The position numbers and the translations under genes were made by a program. Shown here one piece after another: positions 27,562-38,600 of a DNA stretch of 64,000 nucleotides. Origin of the DNA: a virus (Duplodnaviria; Caudoviricetes); the IMG/VR virus record IMGVR_UViG_3300044612_001981, positions 1-64,000 of that record; one strand, written 5' to 3'. Every line of letters starts with the position of its first letter. Within the stretch, counting starts at the first letter, position 1. The notes under the pieces are model-generated. The model was given only the letters and a program-made list of their open reading frames with translations, did no database searches and had not been told where the DNA came from.

Positions 27562-28448
27562 TATAAGAATCCTAAATTAATTTTATATTCTATGTCCATT
27601 TCTACGCCAAGTACTTTTACTATAGGTGTAGACAAAACAGATCTACTTATGAGACCATACTGTGGATTGTATCTGTCATCATCATTAAGTCTTAATCCAT
27701 CTAAAAGCACTGTTGTAGACAGAGATGGTTTAGCTTTTGCTCCGACCTCTATTTTTGTTATTTTGGAAAAGTCGGTATCTCCTGATGACGTAAATGATGA
27801 ATTAAAAAGATTGGACAGCTTATTAGTTAACACTTTATGACCAATAGATGTACCTCCAAAAAATCTAACTTCTTTGTAGTTAGAGGCTGAACTATAAAAT
27901 CTTGCATAAACATAGTCTAAGTTTAAATCAGATTGATAAAATGCAAAGCTTATGCTGTCCTCTACACCATACCCAGAAATATCAAATATAGTTTCTAAGC
28001 TATATGATTTAGAGCCACCATTTACAGCAGATATAGAAAAAAATGAAGATCCTATTTTTGGAGATGGGGAAAAAGCTTTTTCTGGCTGATTACCATTACT
28101 GTCTAGCCAAAATGAAGTGTCTTCAAATGAAGATACATATTTCGAAGAGTAGTCAGTATTTTGAGCAAAGGCTGTTGGGAAAATTCCAATCTCTGAAATA
28201 ATTCCTTCCACATCCGTTGGGAGTATAGCTTTATATACTACAGCATAAGTTGTTTGTCCAGTAGAAGTATTTGTCTGAATGTCTATGCTTCCTAAGCTTA
28301 CTCCAGATCTGTAAAATTCAAACTGTAAGTCTGTGTCATTGACGGTTGGCGCTAATGAGCCTATACCTACTGCAATATCTTTGCTATTGAAGTTAAGACC
28401 ATTTGCTAGATAAGAGGTAATAAACCTTTTACCAAATTTTGTTATCAT
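27561..28448 (-). CDS. Minor tail protein
   Basis: MITKFGK...IAVGIG...ISEIGIF fibre-base-like N-terminus; tail module position. Confidence 0.65.
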   Translation of the reverse strand: MITKFGKRFITSYLANGLNFNSKDIAVGIGSLAPTVNDTDLQFEFYRSGVSLGSIDIQTNTSTGQTTYAVVYKAILPTDVEGIISEIGIFPTAFAQNTDYSSKYVSSFEDTSFWLDSNGNQPEKAFSPSPKIGSSFFSISAVNGGSKSYSLETIFDISGYGVEDSISFAFYQSDLNLDYVYARFYSSASNYKEVRFFGGTSIGHKVLTNKLSNLFNSSFTSSGDTDFSKITKIEVGAKAKPSLSTTVLLDGLRLNDDDRYNPQYGLISRSVLSTPIVKVLGVEMDIEYKINLGFL

Positions 28449-28834
28449 ATTATTATAGCTCCTTTTACTATGTCGCCTACGCTGTTTTTTACTTCAAAGG
28501 TAACTTTTAATAACCTGTTATTATTTGAGTCGTAGTATATTTCTGGATCAGTAATTACTTCTCCAGAAGAATATCTTTTACCTGTTGCTCCTATCAAAAC
28601 TATATCTTCTAGGTTGGGTGCAATTGCTGGCTCTGGTGGAGGATTCGGTGGCTCAAACGGATCTTCTTCTCCATCTCCTGGGAGCATAGGAAGGGTTACT
28701 CGATTAGTGTATAAATTAACAACATCATATTGATCTGTTTTTAATACACCAATTAAAGGAGAGTCTAAGGGAAGCTGAACCTTAATTCCACCCGCTATTT
28801 GAGATTTTCCTATTTTAGGATTTTTTCTAGCCAT
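28445..28834 (-). CDS. Hypothetical (tail module) protein
   Basis: Leaderless promoter TGGTAGAAT-N6-ATG; Pro-rich linker. Confidence 0.7.
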   Translation of the reverse strand: MARKNPKIGKSQIAGGIKVQLPLDSPLIGVLKTDQYDVVNLYTNRVTLPMLPGDGEEDPFEPPNPPPEPAIAPNLEDIVLIGATGKRYSSGEVITDPEIYYDSNNNRLLKVTFEVKNSVGDIVKGAIII

Positions 28835-28854
28835 ATAAAGATTCTACCATTTCA

Positions 28855-31800
28855 TTAAACATAAATCGACCTGCAGGTTATTCTTGTGGCTGGATCAGAG
28901 CTATAAGACTGGTCTATATCTAATACTATATATTTGCCTGCCGTCTTACCTGCATCTTCTGTAGAATACACTAAATTGCCTGGATAAGATATCTCTACAA
29001 CATCTCCTATTTCGATAATGGGATTTGGGAAAATATCAAGGGTTAGAACAGTCTGTTGTTTTGACCATTGAGTTCTCATCCATTCAGATAATTTTTTTGC
29101 CTCTTCTTCTCTTTGTATCCAAGTTGATTCAAATGCTACTTGCTCTTCATTTTTTGTTGAAGACAGTGCTGGGTCTAAGTACTCAAAAGGGTCTAGAGTA
29201 GTTATTGTTTCGCCAACAACAATAAAACTTTTTTCTCCACCGTCTGCTATATCAACAAATGCACCAGTGTTGTTTAGTATATAGGCATCAATCCCAAAAG
29301 AATTCATATCGTAACCTAATAGTGATACGTTAGGGTTTAAAATTATTTGGGGATACTTAACAATGCCAGGTCTTGTTGAGTATTTAGTAGAGATTTTTTT
29401 TATTTCTCTTGCAACTGGACCAAACTCTTTTATCCATGGAGCTTTGGTATCTGAATTAGATCCAGTAAAAACAAAATCTCCAAATAGGTTTTGCAAAGAG
29501 TTTGAAGATGAAATATACGAGCCATAATTATCATATGATGTATTTGAGTCAAACTCATCTTTAGTTAAAGCAGAAGCATATGCATAATCAAAGGCGGACT
29601 CTCCTTCAATTCCAATTAAAGAAATGTTATTGCTTATTGCTACAGGGTCGGTATCTGTTATTATGATAGTCTGATTGTTAAATTTAATTTTAAACTTTAA
29701 AGAGCCAGCTGTTTCTCTAGAAACTCTAACATCTATTCTATAAAATTTGCCTCCAGAAACTCCAGTAATCGAATTGTCTTCAGCTGTTTGTGAATCTTTA
29801 AGCGGTGTTTGTTTTCCATTGACTATTTTAAACATCTGAACATCTCTATGATTAATTCCCTTATTAGCTACATTTTGAGATGTTGACATTCTTAATACAT
29901 AGCCATTGAGGCTAGAAGAAGAAAGTCCTATTCCTAAGCCAGCTGAAACTGCTTGCTCTCCAGTCACTCTTCCAAATTTATCTTTAATAAATTTAAAAAA
30001 CAATGCTGTTCCAACAGAGAAATATTTTTCTGTAGAAAGATTTACAGTTGATGCAGTTGGAGTAATTGATGCAGCATAGTATTCTGGAGATTTTGGAGGT
30101 GGGACAATTGTAAGAAGTGATCTTGATACTTCTATATTTTCACCGTCTGGCATCTTTTCGGTCTGCTTTAATGAGAATACTGATTGATCTCCAACGTTAG
30201 TATTTGCACTAAAATTCATTCTGGATCCAGTCCATTCGTCCCTTAGATCGTTTATGTTTACTTCATGAAGTTCTCCAACCCCCACACCCTTGCCAGTGGC
30301 GTTGAATGAATTTCTTTCTTTAATTCTGTATTTTAATGTTGATTTAAAACTTCCTATTTTACTTTCTCCCAACCACTTTGCTATATCTGAATCAGAAGTT
30401 ATCCATTTATAATCTATTGCAGGTGTTCCGCTTATTGGAGCATACATAAATTGAATTGCATCATATTTAATAATTTCGTTATTAAGTAAAAGATATCCAG
30501 ACTTATTATAGAAAGATGTATCTGCTAGGCTGCTGTATGCACTAATTGGTGCAAGGGAAACGGTGCCTAGTGGTGCATCTTTTTCTGGTGGCTGGGTTGG
30601 CAGTAATTTTTTTTGTAGAGCTGCTGCTCCTATTGCGGACGGAGGAGAAACATAAAGATTATCAGACGAACCTGAATAGTTCGTGCTTATTATTGGGGAG
30701 TATATTACTTTAACTGCTTTAACAGAAGGAACAGTTTCTTTGCTAAAAGATATTATATTGGGAAGATTTAATAATTTCTTTTCGCTTCTAAATTTAAAAA
30801 TAGACGCTCTAGTTTTATCAAACAAGTAGTCTCTAGGGTAAAACTGAAGAACATCGTTATTGTCAAATGTTGCTATCATTTGGGTGTCTCTGCATAAATC
30901 TTGTATATGCTGCCAAACTGTTTTTGTATCTTCTGTATACCAAAATAGGGGGACTATGGTAGCAGTATCTGCTAAGTCTGTGCTATCTTTGTTATAGGTA
31001 TTAAATTTGTATGAAGTAAACCCTATTCCATCTAACAGCCTTCTAATAATAGCTTGAGATGGAGCATTCTGAATAACAATATTTGGAGCTAATATTTCTT
31101 GTAAAAACTTTGCCCCATCTAAACCTTGTATATCAATTTCTCCAAATTCGGATATAGTAAATGAATCAATATAGAATACTCCCTGGTAAATTGTGTCCGC
31201 ACCTATTTTATGAAATGGTAGCATCTTTACATTTTTATATAAGTTAATATTAGACTTATTAAACGCTATAGTTTTATCGTACTCTATTCCCTTTTTATCA
31301 AATCCTTCTAAAGATAAAGACATTGCGTTTGCTGTAACTGATCCAACTGGGACAATTCCAGATGAATCATCCGAAGACATTTTTGAAATTTGAAAAGAAG
31401 TTACTCTATCAGAAACATCTTGTATATACCTTGCTCCAACTTCAATAACTCCAAGGTAGGAGTTTGCTTTGTTAATTGTGCTTACAGACACAGTAATATT
31501 TTTAATATCTATTGGGGCTGATGGTGTTGTAAACTTTGTAGTTGACCATGAGGATGCACTTGACCATAGCCCACCATTGTAATAAAGCTGAACTAATCCA
31601 TCCTGTGGAACAACTGCATTTGTAGATATTGTTGCTTCTACATCAGCATAATTTTTTATTTTAATAGACCATGTGACTGGTTTAGAATATGAGGTTTCAA
31701 ATTTAACTACTATTGTATTTGTAACGGCTGTCTGTGATGCTGGATACTCTACGTTAATATTGCAATTGACTAAAGAAAGGTTCTCGGCTGGTCCAGCTAG

Positions 31801-32181
31801 GAAATACTTATATTGGTTTTTTGCGCTAGCAAAATAAAGTCTTGTAGAAAGCTCTTTTGAAACATTATATTTAGGTACAGGAACTGGAACCATTTTATTT
31901 AATAAGAAATAACTTATTCCTGCAGACGAAGGTCTTCTTGGATCTATTATATTAGTTAATGGGAATAGTTTTTTATATGGATAGTATTGCTTACCAGTGG
32001 AAGAAATAGTTTGTGTTATTTGAAGGTCGCCTTCTGGATTTGCATCTGTTCCATTTGGCCCTCTTACTTTAGCGCCATTAATTAAATCATTCATATTATA
32101 TTCTAGCCAGCATCCGCCTAACATTGAATATGCTTCAGATGTATTTATTTTATCTTTAGTTGCTTGACTTACTTCTATCAT
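28855..32181 (-). CDS. Large minor tail protein (baseplate hub/tip)
   Basis: Second gene after the TMP; hub-like C-terminus NPIIEIGDVVEI; start refined to MIEVS. Confidence 0.75.
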   Translation of the reverse strand: MIEVSQATKDKINTSEAYSMLGGCWLEYNMNDLINGAKVRGPNGTDANPEGDLQITQTISSTGKQYYPYKKLFPLTNIIDPRRPSSAGISYFLLNKMVPVPVPKYNVSKELSTRLYFASAKNQYKYFLAGPAENLSLVNCNINVEYPASQTAVTNTIVVKFETSYSKPVTWSIKIKNYADVEATISTNAVVPQDGLVQLYYNGGLWSSASSWSTTKFTTPSAPIDIKNITVSVSTINKANSYLGVIEVGARYIQDVSDRVTSFQISKMSSDDSSGIVPVGSVTANAMSLSLEGFDKKGIEYDKTIAFNKSNINLYKNVKMLPFHKIGADTIYQGVFYIDSFTISEFGEIDIQGLDGAKFLQEILAPNIVIQNAPSQAIIRRLLDGIGFTSYKFNTYNKDSTDLADTATIVPLFWYTEDTKTVWQHIQDLCRDTQMIATFDNNDVLQFYPRDYLFDKTRASIFKFRSEKKLLNLPNIISFSKETVPSVKAVKVIYSPIISTNYSGSSDNLYVSPPSAIGAAALQKKLLPTQPPEKDAPLGTVSLAPISAYSSLADTSFYNKSGYLLLNNEIIKYDAIQFMYAPISGTPAIDYKWITSDSDIAKWLGESKIGSFKSTLKYRIKERNSFNATGKGVGVGELHEVNINDLRDEWTGSRMNFSANTNVGDQSVFSLKQTEKMPDGENIEVSRSLLTIVPPPKSPEYYAASITPTASTVNLSTEKYFSVGTALFFKFIKDKFGRVTGEQAVSAGLGIGLSSSSLNGYVLRMSTSQNVANKGINHRDVQMFKIVNGKQTPLKDSQTAEDNSITGVSGGKFYRIDVRVSRETAGSLKFKIKFNNQTIIITDTDPVAISNNISLIGIEGESAFDYAYASALTKDEFDSNTSYDNYGSYISSSNSLQNLFGDFVFTGSNSDTKAPWIKEFGPVAREIKKISTKYSTRPGIVKYPQIILNPNVSLLGYDMNSFGIDAYILNNTGAFVDIADGGEKSFIVVGETITTLDPFEYLDPALSSTKNEEQVAFESTWIQREEEAKKLSEWMRTQWSKQQTVLTLDIFPNPIIEIGDVVEISYPGNLVYSTEDAGKTAGKYIVLDIDQSYSSDPATRITCRSIYV

Positions 32182-32630
32182 TATACTTCTTCCAGTGCTA
32201 TAGATACATCCCAAAATACTTGTTTCCCGCTTGCTGGACCATCTGTTATATTTCTTCTAACCATGGTTGATGAAAATGATGTAAATGCGGCAAGGAATGT
32301 CTCTGATCTTGTATCATTGTATGCAATTTTTACATTAAATGTTCCCTGTCCTTTAGCGCTTAAATAAAAAGCCTTTAGGTTTTCCGCCCCCCAGTATCCA
32401 TCTACCGTCATGGTGGTGTATGAAGGAAGCATGCTCCAGGAGGTGGACACTATCTTCTTGTCGGCTATAAAGAGCTTTCTAAGGCTTCCATTGGCCATTC
32501 TAGCGGTCTTCTCAAACCTTTCGGTATCGACTGATATTGGAGACCTATTATGCTCACTTAGGGCATGGAAGACTCCAGCATCGTCTTGTAAAAACAGTGC
32601 TGCTCCTACTGGCAAAACTAAAGATGGCAT
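32181..32630 (-). CDS. Distal tail (Dit-like) protein
   Basis: Immediately after the TMP; RMANGSLRK...IALEEV. Confidence 0.7.
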   Translation of the reverse strand: MPSLVLPVGAALFLQDDAGVFHALSEHNRSPISVDTERFEKTARMANGSLRKLFIADKKIVSTSWSMLPSYTTMTVDGYWGAENLKAFYLSAKGQGTFNVKIAYNDTRSETFLAAFTSFSSTMVRRNITDGPASGKQVFWDVSIALEEV

Positions 32631-35600
32631 TATATATTCTTCCCCTGTCCTACCATTTTAACATTAACCTTGGCCTTTTGTCCAATAACAACTTCAGCCT
32701 TTTTAACAATCATATTGGATAGGGCTTCTACATCCATTCCTTCAGATGCATATATGTTTTGGTTAACAGTATAAGATGCTCCAGATGAGCCTTCTCCTCT
32801 TATGCCAAATGAAGGTCTATCAAAATTATATCTAGGCATTGCCGCTTCTGGATTAAATGGATTCATTGAGGCAGGAATTATAGATTCATTCTTGTGTATC
32901 ATTGCCAACATATCTTGTGGTACTACATTTATTCCAGATTCAAATTTAGGAACATTTACAAGTCCGCCAAGTTTCATTTTTACTGCTCTTAATACATATT
33001 CGTCTAAAGTTTCAGTAATAATTTTTCCTTGACCAGGAACAATATTCATCATATGAACACCAGCTTGATTTTCATATCTTGAAGATTGTGCGCCGCCTCT
33101 AATTATTTGTTCTAATATAAATCTTGTGTTTGGGCCTATTAATCCTTCGTGAGATAATCCCTGTGCTTCTCCTAATACACCAATATCTGATATTCCTTTA
33201 ACGTTAGGACCAAATATAATTCTTGCTATGGCACCAGATCTTCCGCCACCTGTTCCTCCAAAAGCACCTATTGCTGCAGCGGCAATTTTATTATCAGTAA
33301 TTGATCTTACAGTAGGAGCAACAAATGATTCTCCTATACCAATTTTAGATAAGGCCTCCATGTCTATATCACTAAGACCTCGGTATGAAACAGTTCCTTC
33401 TGGTATGGTAAACCGTGATACTAGTTGCTCTATACCGCTCTTTCTGTAATCAAGGTGTCCTGTTAGAGGCATCTCCAGAAATTCTCTTAAAGCGAGTACT
33501 TCACTAGGGGTAATATTATATTTTTCTGCTCTTGATATTCTATCTAACTCAATTTCATTTTTGTATTTTTGTTGGTGATATTTCCAGAAATCGTCGTTTT
33601 TACTATGTTTGTCAAAAAGCTGCTTGTCTGGTGAACCTGGGGTTTCATGTACAGATTTATATATTGGCCCTCTAGTCTCATTCCAGTATCTGCCACCAGC
33701 CATCTTAAGTGCGTGTGTTTCTTCATCAATTGCCACCAACAATTTATGAAGCTGTAAATAATCTGGATTAGCTTCCTCTATTGCTTTAAATTCATTTTCT
33801 CTAAACGTGTTCCATTTTTTAGCTTCGTCAATAGCATCCTGAACTTCTTTGGTTCTAGGGAATGGTGCAGTTTCTCGTGTAGGAGGAACTATTTCATCTG
33901 CAGACGCCGCTACTTTTGGCCTTACTGTAGATGCAATTCTGCTTTCAAGAATAGATTTAGATGAGGTAGCGGCTACGTTAGCTGCAACTCCAGTTAGAGC
34001 TTTTGTACCATATGTTAGGGACCCTGTTGGCAGAAGAGTTTCTAGTCCTACTACTCCTAATCTATTAATACCATACGCACCGACTGCGCCTCTTACTGCT
34101 GCACTGCCAACTGCGCCTCCAAGAAATAGTGAACCAACGTTTAATGAGCTTAATCCATGATTAATGAGCAGTGCTTTTTTAGCCTCTGCATCTAAGCCTG
34201 CATTTTTTAGATCTTGAATTTGTTGAAATTTAGCTCTATTGTTTTGACTTAAAAAGAAAGGGTTTCTGCTGCCCTGGCCGCTTTGGTACATTGCGTATAA
34301 CCAGTCAGCAGATCTTCCAGTTTCTTTAACTGCTTCTTTTAAGAAATCCCAAGTCTTTGAAAGATTGCTTCTTTTGTCGGTTGGGGGAGCATTTCTACCG
34401 TGTCTGTGCCCAACTGGCCCACCTGCGTGGAACATAAGTGGGCCAAACCCATAAGCACCATTTCCAATACCGCCCATAGAGGCTCCAGAGCCTGCTAAGC
34501 GCATTGGATCTTTATCGATACCCATTCCTGGACCACGTGATTTGCCTGGCTGCTCTTGCATTTGATGCCAGTAATCTGATTGTTGTGGTGTTTTTCCAGT
34601 AAACTTAAGACCTGGAATTTCTGTTCCGCCCCAAATGTCTCTACCACTTGAAGGGTTGTATCTTAGCTCTCCCCATCTTCCAGTGTATGGACTTCCAGTT
34701 GGCTTTCCATCACTCCAGTAATTTGGTAGATCTGGTCGCCATGGGAAAAATGGAAGTTGCTGACGAATGCCACGTCTTACTGGTCCGCCATCTGCAAACT
34801 TTTCTGCATTTAATGCATCGAAGGTCTCTACGCCATATTTTCTTACAGCCTTTTCTTTAATTACATATTCGCCGTTTGAAAGGTAAGCTGGAATAGAATC
34901 AGATGTTCCTGTTCCTGCTCCTCTTATATGTCCACCAGCTGCTAGGGCAGGTGTTTTTGGAGCTGGCCCCATCCAGATTGGAGTTCCGCCAGTAGTGTTC
35001 TGTTTATACCTTTGTCCATCTACTATAAATGTTTCTCCTGGCTGTAGATCAAGTCTCTTTCTAATAGCATCACGAGCTTCTGCGTTTAAAACCTGTACCT
35101 TTTTGCCGTCGTATTCTTTAGTCTCTTTACTATCAGAATAATCTCCAGTTACCTTAATGTTTTCTCTTAGTGCTGGCTTTCCGTTTATACCCTTTACTGC
35201 GTCCACCACGTCTTTAAGAGTTTTACCATTTTTACCGCCCTTGATACTATCTGCAAGGGCTTCGTTTACTCCTGCACCCGCACCAGCTTTTGCTAAAGCC
35301 TCTAAAGCATTTTCCCATGGGGCAACTGGAACCTTTTCAGTAACTAATTGACTTCCGTTGTAATATGTTCTTTCCTTATATCTTGGCATTGCTGCACCAG
35401 TTGCAGCTTCCATGGCAGCTACAAAACCTGCTGCTGCTTCTTTATTTTTCTTCATATAATCTTTAACTGATAGACCTGCTGCTGCTGCATTACCATAAAG
35501 AGCAGTCATTGAATCATTTACTTTTTTGATTGCCGCTTCTTGTTTAGAGTATTTATCTTTTAATTTATCTAAACTTTCAGCCGCAATGGCCGCAGCGTCG

Positions 35601-38600
35601 CCAAGCTTTTCTTGCTTATTAGCAATAGCGTCTGCTGCAGCCTTTAATGGCTTTGTTGCAGCCTCTGCTGCTTTATCAATTGCATTCATCTGAGCTTCTG
35701 TTTGCTGTTGCGAAGTTAATGACTCTAAATCAATTCTTAAGCTTTGTGCCTTTTCTGTATCGCCAACAGCCATAGCATTTTGCATTTCAAGTCTTGTTTT
35801 TTCAATTTGTCTTCCAATATCTGCGTCTGCTTGCTGTTGAGCCAGAGCCTTCTTTCTTGCTTCTGCAAGTTTATTAATTGCATCTATTTGTTTATTTAAA
35901 GCCTTTAATCTATCCCTATCAGATATTTGCTCCGCAACAGATTGACCCTTAAGAGATTTTGTATACTTTTTGATCTGCTCATCTAGCTTTCCTAAAGCGG
36001 TATATTGATCTTTTAATATTCCAACTTTATTTTTTGCAATTACGGCATCAGATATTGCTGCAAACGCGTCCGCAATAAGTTTTGTTTGAGCAGCATTTAA
36101 TTGAGAGAGATCTCCATTAAATCCTTGTGCCTGTAATCTAATCTTTTGCCATACGCTTACTACAGTATCAGATCCATTAATCATTTTTCTTACTTCAGGA
36201 TTTGTTTTAGCCATCTCATCAACTGTTGCTTGAGTAATTGCTGTGCCAGATTCTTTAGATCTATTAATCTTATCTAGCATTATCTTTTCAGCTTCTGCGT
36301 ATGTAAGTGACTTTGTCTTTCCAGTTAAATCTTTTGCTACAAGACGTTCTCTCTTAGCTATTAAATCATTTATTCCAGTTTCAGTTGCCATTAAAGCTGT
36401 GTTTAATGATGCTGCTTTTTCTTTGCTTCCCTGGTCTCTTGTGTCCGCACCAAAGCTTGTTACTGCAGAAACTGCAGCACTTTGTGGATCTGTAATATTT
36501 TTAAACTTTGCATTACCAATTGTTGCAGTAATTGATTGATCTTTTTTATTTGAAAGCTGAAGCATTGTAAATACTTTTTTAGTTGCTTCGTCTGCAGACA
36601 TGCCAGCAGCAATTAGCTGCTCTTTAATTCTACGAACAGCATCTGGAACTTTTTCTGAAGGCTGTCTATCTAGAACTGCTATTTGCTCTGCAAATGTTTC
36701 TTTGACTTCCTTCTTAAGCTTTTTATACTCTGCAATTGTCATCTGGAATGGGGTTCCGCCATCCTTCATGCTTTCATATACAAGCTTATTTGCAGCAGCT
36801 AGATCTTCTGAGTCCTGAATAGTATCTTTTATCTTTGATCCGAAATCAGTAAATCTAAGACCAGCTTTTTTAGCAGCCTCTGCGGTTAAACCAAAACTTT
36901 GTATGTTAAGTTCTTGTCCTCGTTTATAGTGTCCCCACATTTTGTATGCAGCATATCCTGCTGCAGCAACTGCAGCTAATGGCGCAACTATGCCTGCTAC
37001 TCCAGCGGCTGTTGCTGCAAGTCCTGCTTTTACAGCTCCTGCTGCAACTGCTTTCCCAGCCATTGATGTAACTATTTTTCCAGCGCCTTGCATAATAGCT
37101 GGACCAGCCATCGACCCAACCATTGAGCCCATCATCATTCCATTTTGTCCACCAACAGCATTTCCTATTGCTCCACCTGCTGCCATTCCGCCAATTGTTC
37201 CAACTAGCATTCCGCCAGCGCCACTACCAAAAGGTCTATCTGGATCTGCTCCCATTCCCTTGCTCTTTAGGAATTGCAATGGGTGCATCATTGCTGCAGT
37301 TGTATATTTTGCATTTGTTGAAAATGCTGTGCCTGCTCGTTTTGCTTTGCTTACACCTGAATCTTCTCCGAACGCAGCTGGTCCATATGATTGCCCAACT
37401 CCAGCTGCGAGTGAGCCAGGAACACCATATGCTAATATTTGAGATCCGCCAGGGCTGTAAGTAGAAGTAAATCTTCTTACTGTCGAAGCAATTGAAGTTG
37501 AAGCTGCTGTAGATGTTGTTTTAATTGATGTTCCAAGCTTTTGAATACTTCCAGTTAATGCCATCATTGATGAATTAATTTCTGAGCCCATCATTCTGGC
37601 TCTAACAACTAATTTGTCGGATGAAATCTTTAGCCTACTAGCAATAGATCCTATTGCAGAATCTATAGCCTGGTTTGCTCTTTGAAGAGGCACTGATGGG
37701 ACATAAGGCAATGATCCTTGAATAGTTGGAACGTTTGTTCTTACCCCTCCATTTCCAATTACTGTTGTTGTTCCAACAGATAGTGGGCCAGGCTTAGGTG
37801 GTGTTCCAACAACTGGCATTGGAGTTCTAGATGCAGCAAGGTTATTTAAATAAAGCTGTCCCATAGCTCTTTGGCTTGGGTCTCCTGATTTTAAAAGACG
37901 CTTTGCATGCTCTTTAGATGTAATCTGACTAACATCAGTAATCTTTTCACCATAAAAATCTTTACTTCGCTTAATTAATCCACCAAGTGCAAACTGTGGG
38001 ATTATGTTGCCGCTTTGTAGCGGACTAAATATTTCTGGACCCTTTTCTCCAACTAAATAACTTTGACCTGGAGATACTGGTCCGCCCATTTCTCTTTCTC
38101 CGTCAATGCCGAATATCTTTTTCTTAAGCTCAGCTGTGATTGGAGTATCTTTTTTAGAGTCCCAATTTAAATATCTTCTTTTAAGTATGTCTCTATCAAT
38201 TGGTGACAGCTGCTTAAAAGCAGATCTGTCTGAAATTAAGTCGCTTGCGGCTTTTCTAATAACAGCATCTAGTGAACTTGGCTCAAGCGCATTTCTTAAA
38301 GATCCGTCTGGACCCTTAACATATCCGTAAGGCTTTTCTTTAGCTAATGCTGCAGCGAATTTGTCATATAGAAGTTTTTGTGAATACGGTCTTAGTCCAG
38401 TACTTGCAAATAAAGTCTCTGCTGCTTTAATAGATAAAGAGCTAACTCCCCATGGAGCTGACTCATACATGCTAGGCTTTGGTGCACCTGTTGGCCCAAA
38501 CCCTGCACCAATTCTTCTCATTGCTAATGACTTTAGAACATTTATTATTCCTCCGCCATTAAATCCATTAAGCGGAGTTTTAAATGAATTGTCGCTAAGA

